A DNA stretch of 64,000 nt from Pseudomonas phage vB_PaePAO1-KEN19. Location of the stretch: the sequence record PP456878.1; one strand, given 5' to 3'. The notes under the pieces are model-generated. The model was given only the letters and a program-made list of their open reading frames with translations. It searched no databases and was not told the origin of the DNA. This document shows, piece after piece, positions 1 to 16,784 of the stretch. Made by a program: the position numbers and the translations under genes. The stretch's first letter is position 1. Each line of letters starts with the position of its first letter.

Positions 1-634
1 GATTATTATAATCAGTTAAGTGTGCTGTAACTCGATCTCTATAATCGTCCACAGCGGTTTTTGCATCAGTGAGATAAACTTTATAATAATCATCGGCAGC
101 ATTATCCATGGCACTTCTACCGACCCGATAAGCATGTGCTATTCGGTTTAATTCAGTTACCATTGTATCTGTGCCATAAATCTGCCAATATTCATGGCCG
201 TGAGGTGCAGGCGGATATGCATCGGGTTTACCAATAATATCATCCCAAGTGAAACTTAATTCATCTAATTCAAGTTTATCAAAAACAGCTTTAAGTTCTA
301 ATGCTGAAATACTAAAGAAACCACCAACTGCTCTATATGTAACTTGGACATTAGGACTAACATTAGGATCAGTTACTACAACAATACCCATTACTTCTAA
401 GCCAGTCATTTCAGATAACTGTGAATAAAGATAGGTTGTTTTATATTGATCTTTGTTTAAAGATAAACCAGTCTTCTTATCACGTAGATTAAAGTCCTTA
501 GTATAAAAACCACCATGTGTACACATAAGTACGCGATGTGTTTTATTATTGACTTGAATAAGTGTGTGATCCTCATCTACAATGTAATTAGATGCTAATT
601 TAGCTTTTAGATCTAATGGTAAAAAAGTAATCAT
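1..634 (-). CDS. Tail-fibre-like protein, partial (start at 634, 3' end beyond the window). Its N-terminal domain is shared with the three downstream fibre genes.
   Basis: Hand translation of the minus strand gives MITFLPLDLKAK…GGFYTKDF… with no stop down to position 1. The ATG overlaps the TAA of the upstream ORF (TAATG). The N-terminus aligns with the ORFs 634..2007, 2019..3407 and 3827..6142 at (L)PFDP.G…GGFYTKG. Confidence 0.45.
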   Translation of the reverse strand, partial: MITFLPLDLKAKLASNYIVDEDHTLIQVNNKTHRVLMCTHGGFYTKDFNLRDKKTGLSLNKDQYKTTYLYSQLSEMTGLEVMGIVVVTDPNVSPNVQVTYRAVGGFFSISALELKAVFDKLELDELSFTWDDIIGKPDAYPPAPHGHEYWQIYGTDTMVTELNRIAHAYRVGRSAMDNAADDYYKVYLTDAKTAVDDYRDRVTAHLTDYNN

Positions 635-2007
635 TATGCCGGTTCCCCTATATTAGTCCACGTTGATCCAACTTTACGTAGGAATAGAGTATTCCTATAG
701 GAAGTAGCTGTTGTACCATTGCCATGTCCAATAACGAATTCTTGATCGTAATGGCAAATAGCTAACGAACCAGGCCACCATTGTTCAGGATCTGAGAAGT
801 ATGTGTTATGGAAAGCAATTGCTTCTTGAATAGACTTAAAGTTGGTGTTATTCCAGTGGACCATCGTTCCTGTTTTTTGGAAGCGATTAAATATAAAACC
901 GAAATGAGTCCATTGACCATTAGGCATCAATGTCCAATCACGGCCTGGCCAGGTAGCTGAATTACCAATCCTACCAGGTGCTAGTCGACCAGTCGTCAAT
1001 ACACTTAAAGGCATTTTAGCACGTACTGTTTCACCCATGCTATAAACATCTTGACCAAATAAAAGTTTAGACGTATTGGCTGTTTTACCTTTATCTAATT
1101 TTTGATTTAGTAAAATATTAGCTTGAGTAACAGTATACGTATTTAATTGTTCAGCCGTTACCCTGTGTGGGTTAGTGGTGACATCATTAACGTGTGCCAG
1201 ATATTGAACTGTATAATTGGTATCAACTGATAACTTCATTGACCATGGCGTAGCATAGACATTCATGATAGCGCCATTTGGCTGTTTGGCTTGTGTTTCA
1301 GTTGCAATGCCAGCATTATAAACATTACCTAATGCCACTTGCCCTTTACGTGTCTGGTGTGGGTTAGTGGTGGTATCATTGATGTGTGTAGTAAGTCGTG
1401 CTTCAATTGTATTAAGATCAGCTTCTATTAGACTTAACTGATATTTAAACTCATCTAAAATGGAGTCATATGAGTCTGATGAGCTTTTCTTTAATAAGTC
1501 AGTTATTTCTTTTAACTTAACAACTCTAGGCGTAAAACCATAAAGTTCCCAATAGGCATGCATATGTCCATTAGGTTTAAATTGGTCAGGAATATCTAAA
1601 ATATTAGACCAATGTGGTTTACGGGTATTATTTAAAAGAGCGTTAGCATGCTCAGATATGGAAGGGGAAAGGTTACAGTATATACCACCGCACATCTGAG
1701 CATCAATGTAAATATCCTCGTGGACATCTTGTTTTGTAATAACAATTACTGAACACGCTTCAAGTCCAGTCTTCTCGATTACTTCTGGATTAATACCAGT
1801 ACACTGATAATCCATTTCTGGATTTAACTCATTCTGCCTACCATCTCTGATAACCATTCCTTTAGTGTAAAAGTAACCCTTATCCATCACGATGATGCGA
1901 TAGGGGAATCCTTTCTGTTTTGCTAGTGAATGGTATTCACCCTTTGTTCGGTTACTATAACTCTCTCCAGTTTCATCAAATGGAAGAGGTAAAAGTAATG
2001 GATTCAT
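634..2007 (-). CDS. Tail fibre protein (paralog family). Carries NPH repeat motifs and a C-terminal receptor-binding-like domain.
   Basis: Conserved N-terminal domain (LPLPFDETG…KGYFYTKG). Repeats TTNPHQTRKGQVALGNVYN and TTNPHRVTAEQLNTYT. The C-terminus is similar to that of 2019..3407. Confidence 0.65.
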   Translation of the reverse strand: MNPLLLPLPFDETGESYSNRTKGEYHSLAKQKGFPYRIIVMDKGYFYTKGMVIRDGRQNELNPEMDYQCTGINPEVIEKTGLEACSVIVITKQDVHEDIYIDAQMCGGIYCNLSPSISEHANALLNNTRKPHWSNILDIPDQFKPNGHMHAYWELYGFTPRVVKLKEITDLLKKSSSDSYDSILDEFKYQLSLIEADLNTIEARLTTHINDTTTNPHQTRKGQVALGNVYNAGIATETQAKQPNGAIMNVYATPWSMKLSVDTNYTVQYLAHVNDVTTNPHRVTAEQLNTYTVTQANILLNQKLDKGKTANTSKLLFGQDVYSMGETVRAKMPLSVLTTGRLAPGRIGNSATWPGRDWTLMPNGQWTHFGFIFNRFQKTGTMVHWNNTNFKSIQEAIAFHNTYFSDPEQWWPGSLAICHYDQEFVIGHGNGTTATSYRNTLFLRKVGSTWTNIGEPA

Positions 2008-2018
2008 CTAAACTATCC

Positions 2019-3407
2019 TTATGGAATTACCCAGCCACCTTGTGAACGGAAACACACGTAGTTAGGAGTATAATCAACGAAAATCAATCCGTTACCAGCT
2101 GCCTGGATTTTCTGTTCTTTAATAGTGAAGAATACAGTAGATCCAATAGGCCATGCATCTGGATTAGTGAAGTTAGTTCTACAGAAATCTAATGCTGCTT
2201 GCACGGATGGTTGTAATCCTAGTGCATAAAACTTTAACTTAACCGGATATGAATACTCTGTGGCTAATTGATCAAAATGTGTAAATATACCATTCCCACG
2301 GAGTGGTGCTTTCCATTGTCCCATTGTACCGGAACCAATCCGATTTATATTGATGACATTACTCTGGCCATCACCAGCTGTAAAGTTCACATCAGTGTCA
2401 AAGTTCTTACGCATCCACCAAATAAGATCGCTATAACCCATTAAAGTAGCAGTAGGTTGCCCTTTAGGTTTATAATAAACCATATTAGTATTAGCTACCG
2501 TATCGGTCTTTAAATACTTACCAGTAATTCGTGCATCGAAATCACTTTTCAAATACGACTGTACATGTGTATTTTTGACTTTATGTGGATTATCTCGACG
2601 TGCTATGTGAGCATTGAGTGGTTTTATAGCTATTTCATCTAATACACCATATGCTAATTGTGGTGTTAGATAATGCGCATTGGATTGACCTAGTTGAGCA
2701 ATGGCTGGAGTAGCTAATGGGAAGTTATTAACTAAACCTAGTTCCACATTGGTTGGAGTGATCTTGTGCGGATTGGCTTTATCTTGAATATGCTTTTCTA
2801 GCCGATCATTAAATTTCTTTAAGAATTCATCATAGATTTCTTTAACTTTACTACGATAGTCATCTTCACCATTTGTATCACCAGCCATGAGTGCTTGTGT
2901 TATCCACTCCATCTCATTATTGTAAGGCTGATATGTATCAAGATGCCATCGCTCACCAACTAACTCACCATCTTTCCAGTATGGTTCATTACCAGTGTAG
3001 TCAAGATCCTTTGGCTTTGGCTTACCATTTGTTTTCCACCAGTTAATATAATCATCAATAACTGTGAAACTAAAAGCTAGGTCACCACCAACCATGTGGG
3101 CTGAAGTATACACTATTGGTGTACTAGGTGTTTTTAAGAAAACAATTGCTGAACATATTTCTTGACCGACATACGCACTAGCATCTTTGTGATAATAAGT
3201 AACAATATAATCAATATCTTTAACTAAACGATTATATTTACCATCATAAACTTCTAACCCTTTTGTATAGAATCCACCATGATATAACTTGATGATTCTA
3301 TAGTCGAATCCCTGATACTGAACTAGAGTATGAGGCTCGCTACCAATGAAACAATCTGGATTTGTACCTAATGGATCAAATGGTAATTGTAAAATAGGAT
3401 TATACAT
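2019..3407 (-). CDS. Tail fibre protein (paralog family).
   Basis: N-terminus LQLPFDPLGTNP…GGFYTKG. Repeats NPHKITPTNVELGLVNNFP and NAHIARRDNPHKV. C-terminal domain G(S/N)GT.G.W…NG.(F/W)THF shared with 634..2007. Confidence 0.65.
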   Translation of the reverse strand: MYNPILQLPFDPLGTNPDCFIGSEPHTLVQYQGFDYRIIKLYHGGFYTKGLEVYDGKYNRLVKDIDYIVTYYHKDASAYVGQEICSAIVFLKTPSTPIVYTSAHMVGGDLAFSFTVIDDYINWWKTNGKPKPKDLDYTGNEPYWKDGELVGERWHLDTYQPYNNEMEWITQALMAGDTNGEDDYRSKVKEIYDEFLKKFNDRLEKHIQDKANPHKITPTNVELGLVNNFPLATPAIAQLGQSNAHYLTPQLAYGVLDEIAIKPLNAHIARRDNPHKVKNTHVQSYLKSDFDARITGKYLKTDTVANTNMVYYKPKGQPTATLMGYSDLIWWMRKNFDTDVNFTAGDGQSNVININRIGSGTMGQWKAPLRGNGIFTHFDQLATEYSYPVKLKFYALGLQPSVQAALDFCRTNFTNPDAWPIGSTVFFTIKEQKIQAAGNGLIFVDYTPNYVCFRSQGGWVIP

Positions 3408-3481
3408 AAGAAATACCTTTTAACTGAAACAGCAAAAAGAGACACAGCTTTTGGCTGTGTCTCTTATGCCGGGTCAGATGT

Positions 3482-3814
3482 TTATAGACGGTCTGCTGCG
3501 TCATTAAATAATTTCGCAAGTGGACCGTATATGTGCACTCGATTATAATCATCTGTCCGTTTAGGAGTCATGTACGTAGTGTTATTGAAACCTTCTTGTG
3601 CACGCTTCTTAGTAGCTGGACGATAGTTAGCCACATTACCAAGACCAATATCCGATGGTTGCAGATTATGTGGGTTACCTCTAGCTGCAATATGCCCATT
3701 GATCCTATTAATAACGGCTATGAATTTATTAAGGACTGCCTTAGTAAATAAGCCTTGATTACTAATAGAAGCATTTATTTGAGCATCCATCTCTTGACGT
3801 GTAACTTCTGCCAT
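3482..3814 (-). CDS. Small fibre-associated protein carrying a single NPH/GLGNVANY repeat unit.
   Basis: GHIAARGNPHNLQPSDIGLGNVANYRPAT matches the repeat in the neighbouring fibre genes. Sits between fibre genes in a tight operon. Confidence 0.45.
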   Translation of the reverse strand: MAEVTRQEMDAQINASISNQGLFTKAVLNKFIAVINRINGHIAARGNPHNLQPSDIGLGNVANYRPATKKRAQEGFNNTTYMTPKRTDDYNRVHIYGPLAKLFNDAADRL

Positions 3815-3826
3815 TTTTAAATCCTC

Positions 3827-6142
3827 TTATGGACCAGTGGGTGGAGTTGGTTCAATATGTTTCACACGTGTACCCCTGCCATTCCATAATAAGGAGTTAT
3901 CAGGTGAATCTCCCCAGAACATGACTTGATTCAAAGTATTTACTGTCACAGTGAAATTATGCCCTGCTGCCAATTGAATATATGGTCCAGCATGGTCATC
4001 TACGTCACATTGTCCATTATCGTTATTTCCGAAGAAAGCGATTTGGCCATCACCATACATCACTGTGTAATGTGTGTACAATCCTGATACACCACCAATT
4101 GGGTTACTATTTACATTAGCAGTTACATCGTTACCACGTCCATCAAACCATAATGGCGAGATAACCATAAAGGATGTATCATTACCATTGCGGATGATTT
4201 CCATGACATGTACTTTACTAGATTCAGATGTATAATCTTCAGGAGCAACTAATGGATCTATTGAATGCATGATGATGTGGGTGCAACCAATTGACATTGA
4301 ATCAATAACATGATTCAATGGTTTAATTGTGTTGTTAACAAAATCATTAAAAGCACTAATGAAGCTTGGGATACCATAAGCTGTATATACATAGTCAGCA
4401 CTGCTAGCTGGACCTATGTTTACAACAACTGTCATTTCACCAGGATAGGTGTCTTCAGTATTGGTAAATATAGCCCATGGTTTATTAACAGCAGGTACTA
4501 ATAGTTCAGATGTACCACCTTTAACACAACGATAAAGATCTTGGTGCTCAAAGATTGCTGATTCACCTGTTGAACTAAAGATGAACTTACCTGTTAACAT
4601 ATACAGAGATGTTTTATTCGCCCAGATACTTGAAGGAATATTTCCATCTATAGGTGCAGTCCATTCTACTGGAATTGGTATCATCTCATCGACTTTAGTT
4701 TCATCGATACATGCTGACTTGGCTACACCATTCTCTACCCAATACTGACCATATCGGTGAGATACCCAGGATTCCTGAGCATATCCTAAACGCTCTGGTA
4801 TAACAGCATAAGGGTTAGCTGGCGATTTAGGATGAACTACACAGTCATCTCTGACAATTGTACAATCCCACCAACTATTAAATCCAGCATAAGCATGGAA
4901 ACCTGCCGTGACACCTTGAATTAATTCCATTCGGTCATATTCACTAGTATCATCCACAATAACTGGTAATGTATCTATCTTTAATTGTACATCATCCCAG
5001 TTAGCGTTATAGCCGGCTGCCATCCTTTCAATATCACCGAATGATGGGAATTCATCTTTCCATTGCTCAGGTGTTAATCCACCAAAGGTAGAAGCATCAC
5101 CACCACCTAGTCCTGCCAGTAGTTGATCAACTTGTGTTTTAGTATATGCATTAACCTGGTCGGCAGTTACAACGTGTGGGTTATTTTCATTACTAATATG
5201 TTGATTAAGTTTCTCTTCTAGTTCATTAATTCTAGAAGCATCACCAATCTGACTATAGAGAATAGATGCAGTATAAGGTGTTAATAATACCGAATCATTA
5301 GTTACGTCTACCGCAGTAGTTGGTGTTGCAGCTGGGTAGTTAGGAACATTACCTAAATTAATATCAGCTGCTGTTAGACCGTGTACGTTACCCCTAGCCG
5401 CTATGTGGGCATTAAGCGGATTTACGGCAAACTTATTAACTAATGCTAATGTACCACGTGGGTTCGTAAATAGATCATTACGATTAGCATCTAAATGCTG
5501 TTGATCACTTGCCATTGCATAGTTTGGAACTAGTGACAAGCCAACTTGTGCTTTAGTTACCCTGTGTGGGTTATTATAATCACGAATATGTTGGTCAGTT
5601 GTACCGGCAGCCGCAGCACGGATAGCTTCTATAATCCCTTCGATACCTTCAAGAATCTCTTTACTACCTACTAATGAATCAATAGGTTGATTGTGTTCTA
5701 AAGGTGGGAAAGAAGCAGGTAATGGACCAATTGCACCCCATGACCGAATCAAGGGGTTATACTGTTTGCGTGCAAGCTCAGCCAGGATCTGCTGATTACT
5801 AAATCCCCATTGCCCACCTATTGTACGATAATCCATACCAATCATAGCGTTTATCGAACGCTTCATGATACGTATAGATCCAGCGATAGGTCTACCTATC
5901 GATTCCATAGCTTCAATAAACCAATGCCCAATAAGGTAATCAACACCTTCTACATAAGTCTGATTGGTCAGTGGGTTAAATAGTCGTAATGAATCTACAA
6001 AGAAAGGTGCAGCAAATGGTATAATGAAATAATAATCATCACCATCTGGTACCTGGAGAGTTTGGCGCTCACCTTTAATAAAGTTCTGGGGATTTGTTCC
6101 ATTGGGGTCGAATGGATATAACCCAGTTTCACCGTGGGCCAT
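3827..6142 (-). CDS. Large fibre / baseplate-periphery protein, 771 aa. N-terminal fibre-family domain, NPH repeats, and a C-terminal RCC1-like beta-propeller. Resembles my recollection of phiKZ gp131.
   Basis: N-terminus LYPFDPNGTNPQNF. Three NPH…GL..VPNY repeats. C-terminus has RCC1-like YGDGQIAFFGNNDNGQCDV. The length 771 aa matches phiKZ gp131 as I remember it. Confidence 0.55.
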   Translation of the reverse strand: MAHGETGLYPFDPNGTNPQNFIKGERQTLQVPDGDDYYFIIPFAAPFFVDSLRLFNPLTNQTYVEGVDYLIGHWFIEAMESIGRPIAGSIRIMKRSINAMIGMDYRTIGGQWGFSNQQILAELARKQYNPLIRSWGAIGPLPASFPPLEHNQPIDSLVGSKEILEGIEGIIEAIRAAAAGTTDQHIRDYNNPHRVTKAQVGLSLVPNYAMASDQQHLDANRNDLFTNPRGTLALVNKFAVNPLNAHIAARGNVHGLTAADINLGNVPNYPAATPTTAVDVTNDSVLLTPYTASILYSQIGDASRINELEEKLNQHISNENNPHVVTADQVNAYTKTQVDQLLAGLGGGDASTFGGLTPEQWKDEFPSFGDIERMAAGYNANWDDVQLKIDTLPVIVDDTSEYDRMELIQGVTAGFHAYAGFNSWWDCTIVRDDCVVHPKSPANPYAVIPERLGYAQESWVSHRYGQYWVENGVAKSACIDETKVDEMIPIPVEWTAPIDGNIPSSIWANKTSLYMLTGKFIFSSTGESAIFEHQDLYRCVKGGTSELLVPAVNKPWAIFTNTEDTYPGEMTVVVNIGPASSADYVYTAYGIPSFISAFNDFVNNTIKPLNHVIDSMSIGCTHIIMHSIDPLVAPEDYTSESSKVHVMEIIRNGNDTSFMVISPLWFDGRGNDVTANVNSNPIGGVSGLYTHYTVMYGDGQIAFFGNNDNGQCDVDDHAGPYIQLAAGHNFTVTVNTLNQVMFWGDSPDNSLLWNGRGTRVKHIEPTPPTGP

Positions 6143-6236
6143 GGTTGCCCTCCTTTAATAAAACGCTATTGCGCAATTTGTTAGCGTAATGATGTGAAAT
6201 TCACATAGGATTGTCCAATCATTCCATGGAGACTAA

Positions 6237-7523
<1,287 letters not shown>

Positions 7524-7525
7524 CG

Positions 7526-7558
7526 TCATAAGCCCTCCCGTAATGGGAGGGCATTATG
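7526..7558. terminator. Bidirectional intrinsic terminator (CATAA-GCCCTCCC-gtaat-GGGAGGGC-ATTATG).
   Basis: Perfect 8-bp GC stem with AT-rich extensions on both sides. Sits between convergent genes. Confidence 0.75.
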
Positions 7559-7569
7559 TTGTTTAGAAA

Positions 7570-10269
<2,700 letters not shown>

Positions 10270-10289
10270 CTAAATTTTAAAGTGAGTAA

Positions 10290-12470
<2,181 letters not shown>

Positions 12471-12477
12471 GGAGCGA

Positions 12478-13353
<876 letters not shown>

Positions 13354-13361
13354 GGTGTGTA

Positions 13362-13805
13362 ATGGCTGATACAAGAGCTGAATTAGTAGCTGCTTGGAAT
13401 GTGGCTAATAAACCTAAAGATAATAATGGTAAGCCTAGGGATTTAACTGTTGATGATGTTGAATTTATAGGGACTGATACATTCTTAGCAACTGGTACAA
13501 ATGCCAAAACAACAATGAGAGCGAAGACCAGTTCACTTTATTTTAAAGGTGAGACAGTTATTTACTTTAATAGACGCTCTTTACCAGAGTACTGTCTTGG
13601 TATAAAAGTACCGGGTAAACCAACTGACTATACTGATAATTTAGAAGTAGCTGAAAAATTAAGAGATGTTTACGGTATTCCATTTATTATAGATGAGATA
13701 CAACCGCAACCTATTACTGGGAATACGGTTACGATACATCCATACTTTAATAACTTGTCGTGGATACCAACAATACCAGTAACTCTTGAATTTGAAAGTA
13801 GTTAA
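13362..13805 (+). CDS. Hypothetical protein (147 aa).
   Basis: ORF followed by an A-rich run and a bidirectional terminator. Confidence 0.5.
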   Translation: MADTRAELVAAWNVANKPKDNNGKPRDLTVDDVEFIGTDTFLATGTNAKTTMRAKTSSLYFKGETVIYFNRRSLPEYCLGIKVPGKPTDYTDNLEVAEKLRDVYGIPFIIDEIQPQPITGNTVTIHPYFNNLSWIPTIPVTLEFESS

Positions 13806-13825
13806 ATAAAAAAAAAATAAAGACA

Positions 13826-13855
13826 TAGCCCCTCTCCATGCGGAGAGGGGTTTAT
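13826..13855. terminator. Bidirectional terminator hairpin (GCCCCTCTCC-atgc-GGAGAGGGGT).
   Basis: 10-bp stem between convergent genes, preceded by an A-run and followed by TTTATG. Confidence 0.7.
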
Positions 13856-13870
13856 GCCATTACTTAATTA

Positions 13871-14503
13871 TTACCATTCAACCTTAAATTCACCGCATTT
13901 AAATGACAGTTTATTAGATCGATGATCTCGCCCAAACCAACATCCTTCCTTGGTAACTGCATCTGCGATTTGTGGTTTAACCATATTGTTTTTGTATGAT
14001 TCACGAAGTGCAGTATATAGGGCTTTATGACATGTTTCGAAGAATACCTTATTAATAGGATTCTTATCATTAACTCGTGCTAGTGAATGTTTATCAAGAA
14101 GAGTGTGCATTCCAATTGAATACTTCTGGATAGTTTCTAGATCTTTCTTAAGCGCCCAGATACCATAAGTTACTTTTAGAGAAGTATTAGCTTTGGTTGA
14201 TGGAATAAATGCTGATGGGTCATCAATCATTGGTGCTAATTGCTCAGTGGAATATGGATTATAAGAAAGATATTGTTGGCCATCCCAAATATACATATCC
14301 ATTGTATCTTGAACGACATATAGAACTAGAACTTTACCATTTGCCGGTAGATCACATTTTGTATTTACTTCTACAGTGTCATTAAAATCTGGTTTATAGT
14401 TACTATAACTATTCATCAATACCACATCATCGAATAGTCCTGCCATATTCACCGTATTTTTGTTTAGTAATTCTTTAAAGAATTTATTCATTTTAGCTAG
14501 CAT
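13871..14503 (-). CDS. Hypothetical protein (210 aa).
   Basis: ORF. Confidence 0.5.
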   Translation of the reverse strand: MLAKMNKFFKELLNKNTVNMAGLFDDVVLMNSYSNYKPDFNDTVEVNTKCDLPANGKVLVLYVVQDTMDMYIWDGQQYLSYNPYSTEQLAPMIDDPSAFIPSTKANTSLKVTYGIWALKKDLETIQKYSIGMHTLLDKHSLARVNDKNPINKVFFETCHKALYTALRESYKNNMVKPQIADAVTKEGCWFGRDHRSNKLSFKCGEFKVEW

Positions 14504-14555
14504 TGTATTACTCCTTTTTTACAATATTTGATTAAACTATACATTACTCATAAAT

Positions 14556-14577
14556 AAGCCCCTCCGAAGAGGGGCTT
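14556..14577. terminator. Terminator hairpin (AAGCCCCTC-cgaa-GAGGGGCTT).
   Basis: 9-bp stem with a tetraloop, downstream of 14584..16749. Confidence 0.65.
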
Positions 14578-14583
14578 TCATGC

Positions 14584-16749
14584 TTATTTGATAAGCTTAA
14601 GTAGAACAGCATTATCAACAAGAGCGCCACGAATAACTTGTAGATAAGATCCATCAGCAGTGATAATGTACATTTTGTGGGTACGTGCATCATCTGAATC
14701 TTTAGAGCTATTTAGACGCTTTGCCATTCCCATGATTACTTGAGTAATCTTAGGTTCAGTAAGTTTACTGATAAGCACTGCTTTCTCGGTATAAATATTT
14801 AGGCAGGATAGTTCCTCAAGGCGCCAGCCAGTTTGGAAACGCACTGATAGATCTAGAATAGAATTACCTTCTTCTGGATCAATATTAACACACATACTCC
14901 GTCCAACAATAAACGGAATACTAGCGGTAAATTTATCAGCTACTGACTTACCCTTCTTACCGATCAGATATGCGATAAGGTCACCGATATCTTCACAGAA
15001 GTCATCAATGGTTACCTTCTGACTCATTGAATCAGCCAGGAACTCATTAACTGCACTGGTGAGCCTTTCAACTAGGAACCGATAGTAGCGTTGAGCCAGC
15101 TTACCATCTAGCATTAGTTGCTTAAGGCGCTTTGCAATTAGATGCGGATCGGGTTCTTTTCGAATATCCTCGATCTCATACATGACTTCAATTGAAGCAT
15201 CAAATGGATGGGATGATGCTGCGCGATACTCATGTGCTGGAACTACATCATCTTCGCTTAGCTCAAGTGCTTCACGAACTGCATTGAGTGCACCAGCTTC
15301 TGCTTCAAGATTATTTGCACAAGCAATATAACCTTCTAGGATAACTGGATCATGTTCACGATTATCAGTTAACCCAGCATCATTTGGTGAAAACTCTTCG
15401 GCTACTTCTTTAACCGGTTTGGCATCACCCATAATGGTAGATAGCTTATAACTGGTTGCAGTACGCGCACCACCACCACGATGTGCTTGACGACGGAGAT
15501 CATCTTGAAGCTCATGCTTTAGATAATCCATTTCCATGTGATTCTCCCACTTACGATATACTTCATGTACAGTGTTATCAGGCCATTTAGCAAGGAAGCG
15601 ACAATATACTGCCGGATCCATTAGGATGCTGTATGGATTAGCTGAACTAGCAGTACGTACCCAATCAGGTTTATCTGCAACTAGATGAGCAGGTCGGATT
15701 TCAATGCCACCTGGATTATAGATAACATCCATCGGACGATCTTTATTAATTACAAATCCATTGGGTACATAATAGTTCGGATCGAATACGAGTTCTTTCA
15801 CATCTTGAGGGATGGGTAGATCCGTATTATCATTAGTTACAGTATTTGCATTTTGTTGTAGTTCAGGTAGAATCATTACATCACCTCCACCAGGGATTGT
15901 ATCATAACTACTATTTGGAGATACTTCAACAGTGGCACCCCAAGAGTCTTTAGGTTGCATGACTGGTTTGTTTTCCAGGAAAGGAGAAGAACCAGGTACG
16001 TCATATGCAGCATTTGCAATTGATGGACCAGTGTCATGATTAGTTGTTGGTGTATATGCCCCTGGAATGTTCAGCTGCGGATTAGCCATGGTAGCCGGTT
16101 GACCATAGGTCTGTTGGATACCTGCGTTAATTGGAGGTAGTTGTGAACTCATGCCAGGACGACCCATTGCTGCACCCATCCCAGGGAAACTTCCAGGCTG
16201 TACACCAGGTTGTTGATATCCACCCTGCATCATGGTGTTACCACCCATACGCATCTTTTGGATATCTGATTCAATCTGCCCGATTACACCAAGTGCCTGT
16301 TGGATATTCGGCATTAGATGTTGAACTAGACTTTGTAGCTGCGGGAAGGTTTGAGCACATTTACCAACAAAACCAGACCATACTAGAGATGCAGCTTGCT
16401 GCATTGCCTGCTGTGGGTTATTCACCATTTGACGATGAATAAATAGAAACTCTAGAAAGTCAATAACTTTCTGAGCCCACTGCTGATAATAGTTATTCTG
16501 AAAACCATTACTAGATAGCAGATTATACGCAAATGCATGAAGCTGGGTGGTAGTAGCAGCATTTTGAGCATTCAGCCGGAACAGCCCAATTACACCATTG
16601 AAATATGGTTGTAGTTGAGGATGTTGTTGATGTGGTGATAACTGTAGCGGTAGGCTAAACAGATAATTCCCATTAGGTAGGTTAGGATCGAAAGTACTGG
16701 TATCTACACTCTCAAAATCGACAGGTAGATTGTACTGTGCATAGTTCAT
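14584..16749 (-). CDS. Hypothetical virion protein (721 aa) with an internal Q/G/P/M-rich low-complexity segment.
   Basis: Long ORF. Residues ~150-290 are QQPGVQPGSFPGMGAAMGRPGM…. Confidence 0.5.
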   Translation of the reverse strand: MNYAQYNLPVDFESVDTSTFDPNLPNGNYLFSLPLQLSPHQQHPQLQPYFNGVIGLFRLNAQNAATTTQLHAFAYNLLSSNGFQNNYYQQWAQKVIDFLEFLFIHRQMVNNPQQAMQQAASLVWSGFVGKCAQTFPQLQSLVQHLMPNIQQALGVIGQIESDIQKMRMGGNTMMQGGYQQPGVQPGSFPGMGAAMGRPGMSSQLPPINAGIQQTYGQPATMANPQLNIPGAYTPTTNHDTGPSIANAAYDVPGSSPFLENKPVMQPKDSWGATVEVSPNSSYDTIPGGGDVMILPELQQNANTVTNDNTDLPIPQDVKELVFDPNYYVPNGFVINKDRPMDVIYNPGGIEIRPAHLVADKPDWVRTASSANPYSILMDPAVYCRFLAKWPDNTVHEVYRKWENHMEMDYLKHELQDDLRRQAHRGGGARTATSYKLSTIMGDAKPVKEVAEEFSPNDAGLTDNREHDPVILEGYIACANNLEAEAGALNAVREALELSEDDVVPAHEYRAASSHPFDASIEVMYEIEDIRKEPDPHLIAKRLKQLMLDGKLAQRYYRFLVERLTSAVNEFLADSMSQKVTIDDFCEDIGDLIAYLIGKKGKSVADKFTASIPFIVGRSMCVNIDPEEGNSILDLSVRFQTGWRLEELSCLNIYTEKAVLISKLTEPKITQVIMGMAKRLNSSKDSDDARTHKMYIITADGSYLQVIRGALVDNAVLLKLIK

Positions 16750-16784
16750 GTGAATAATACCTATTAAGTAGTTAAAGATTTAAT

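Noticed and set aside
3533-4501. Short plus-strand ORFs (3533..3751, 4310..4501) inside fibre genes
   Set aside because: They lie wholly inside longer, well-supported minus-strand genes. They have no ribosome-binding sites and their amino-acid composition is random.
16131-16442. 103-aa plus-strand ORF
   Set aside because: It is antisense to the Q/G/P-rich region of 14584..16749, another low-complexity antisense artefact.
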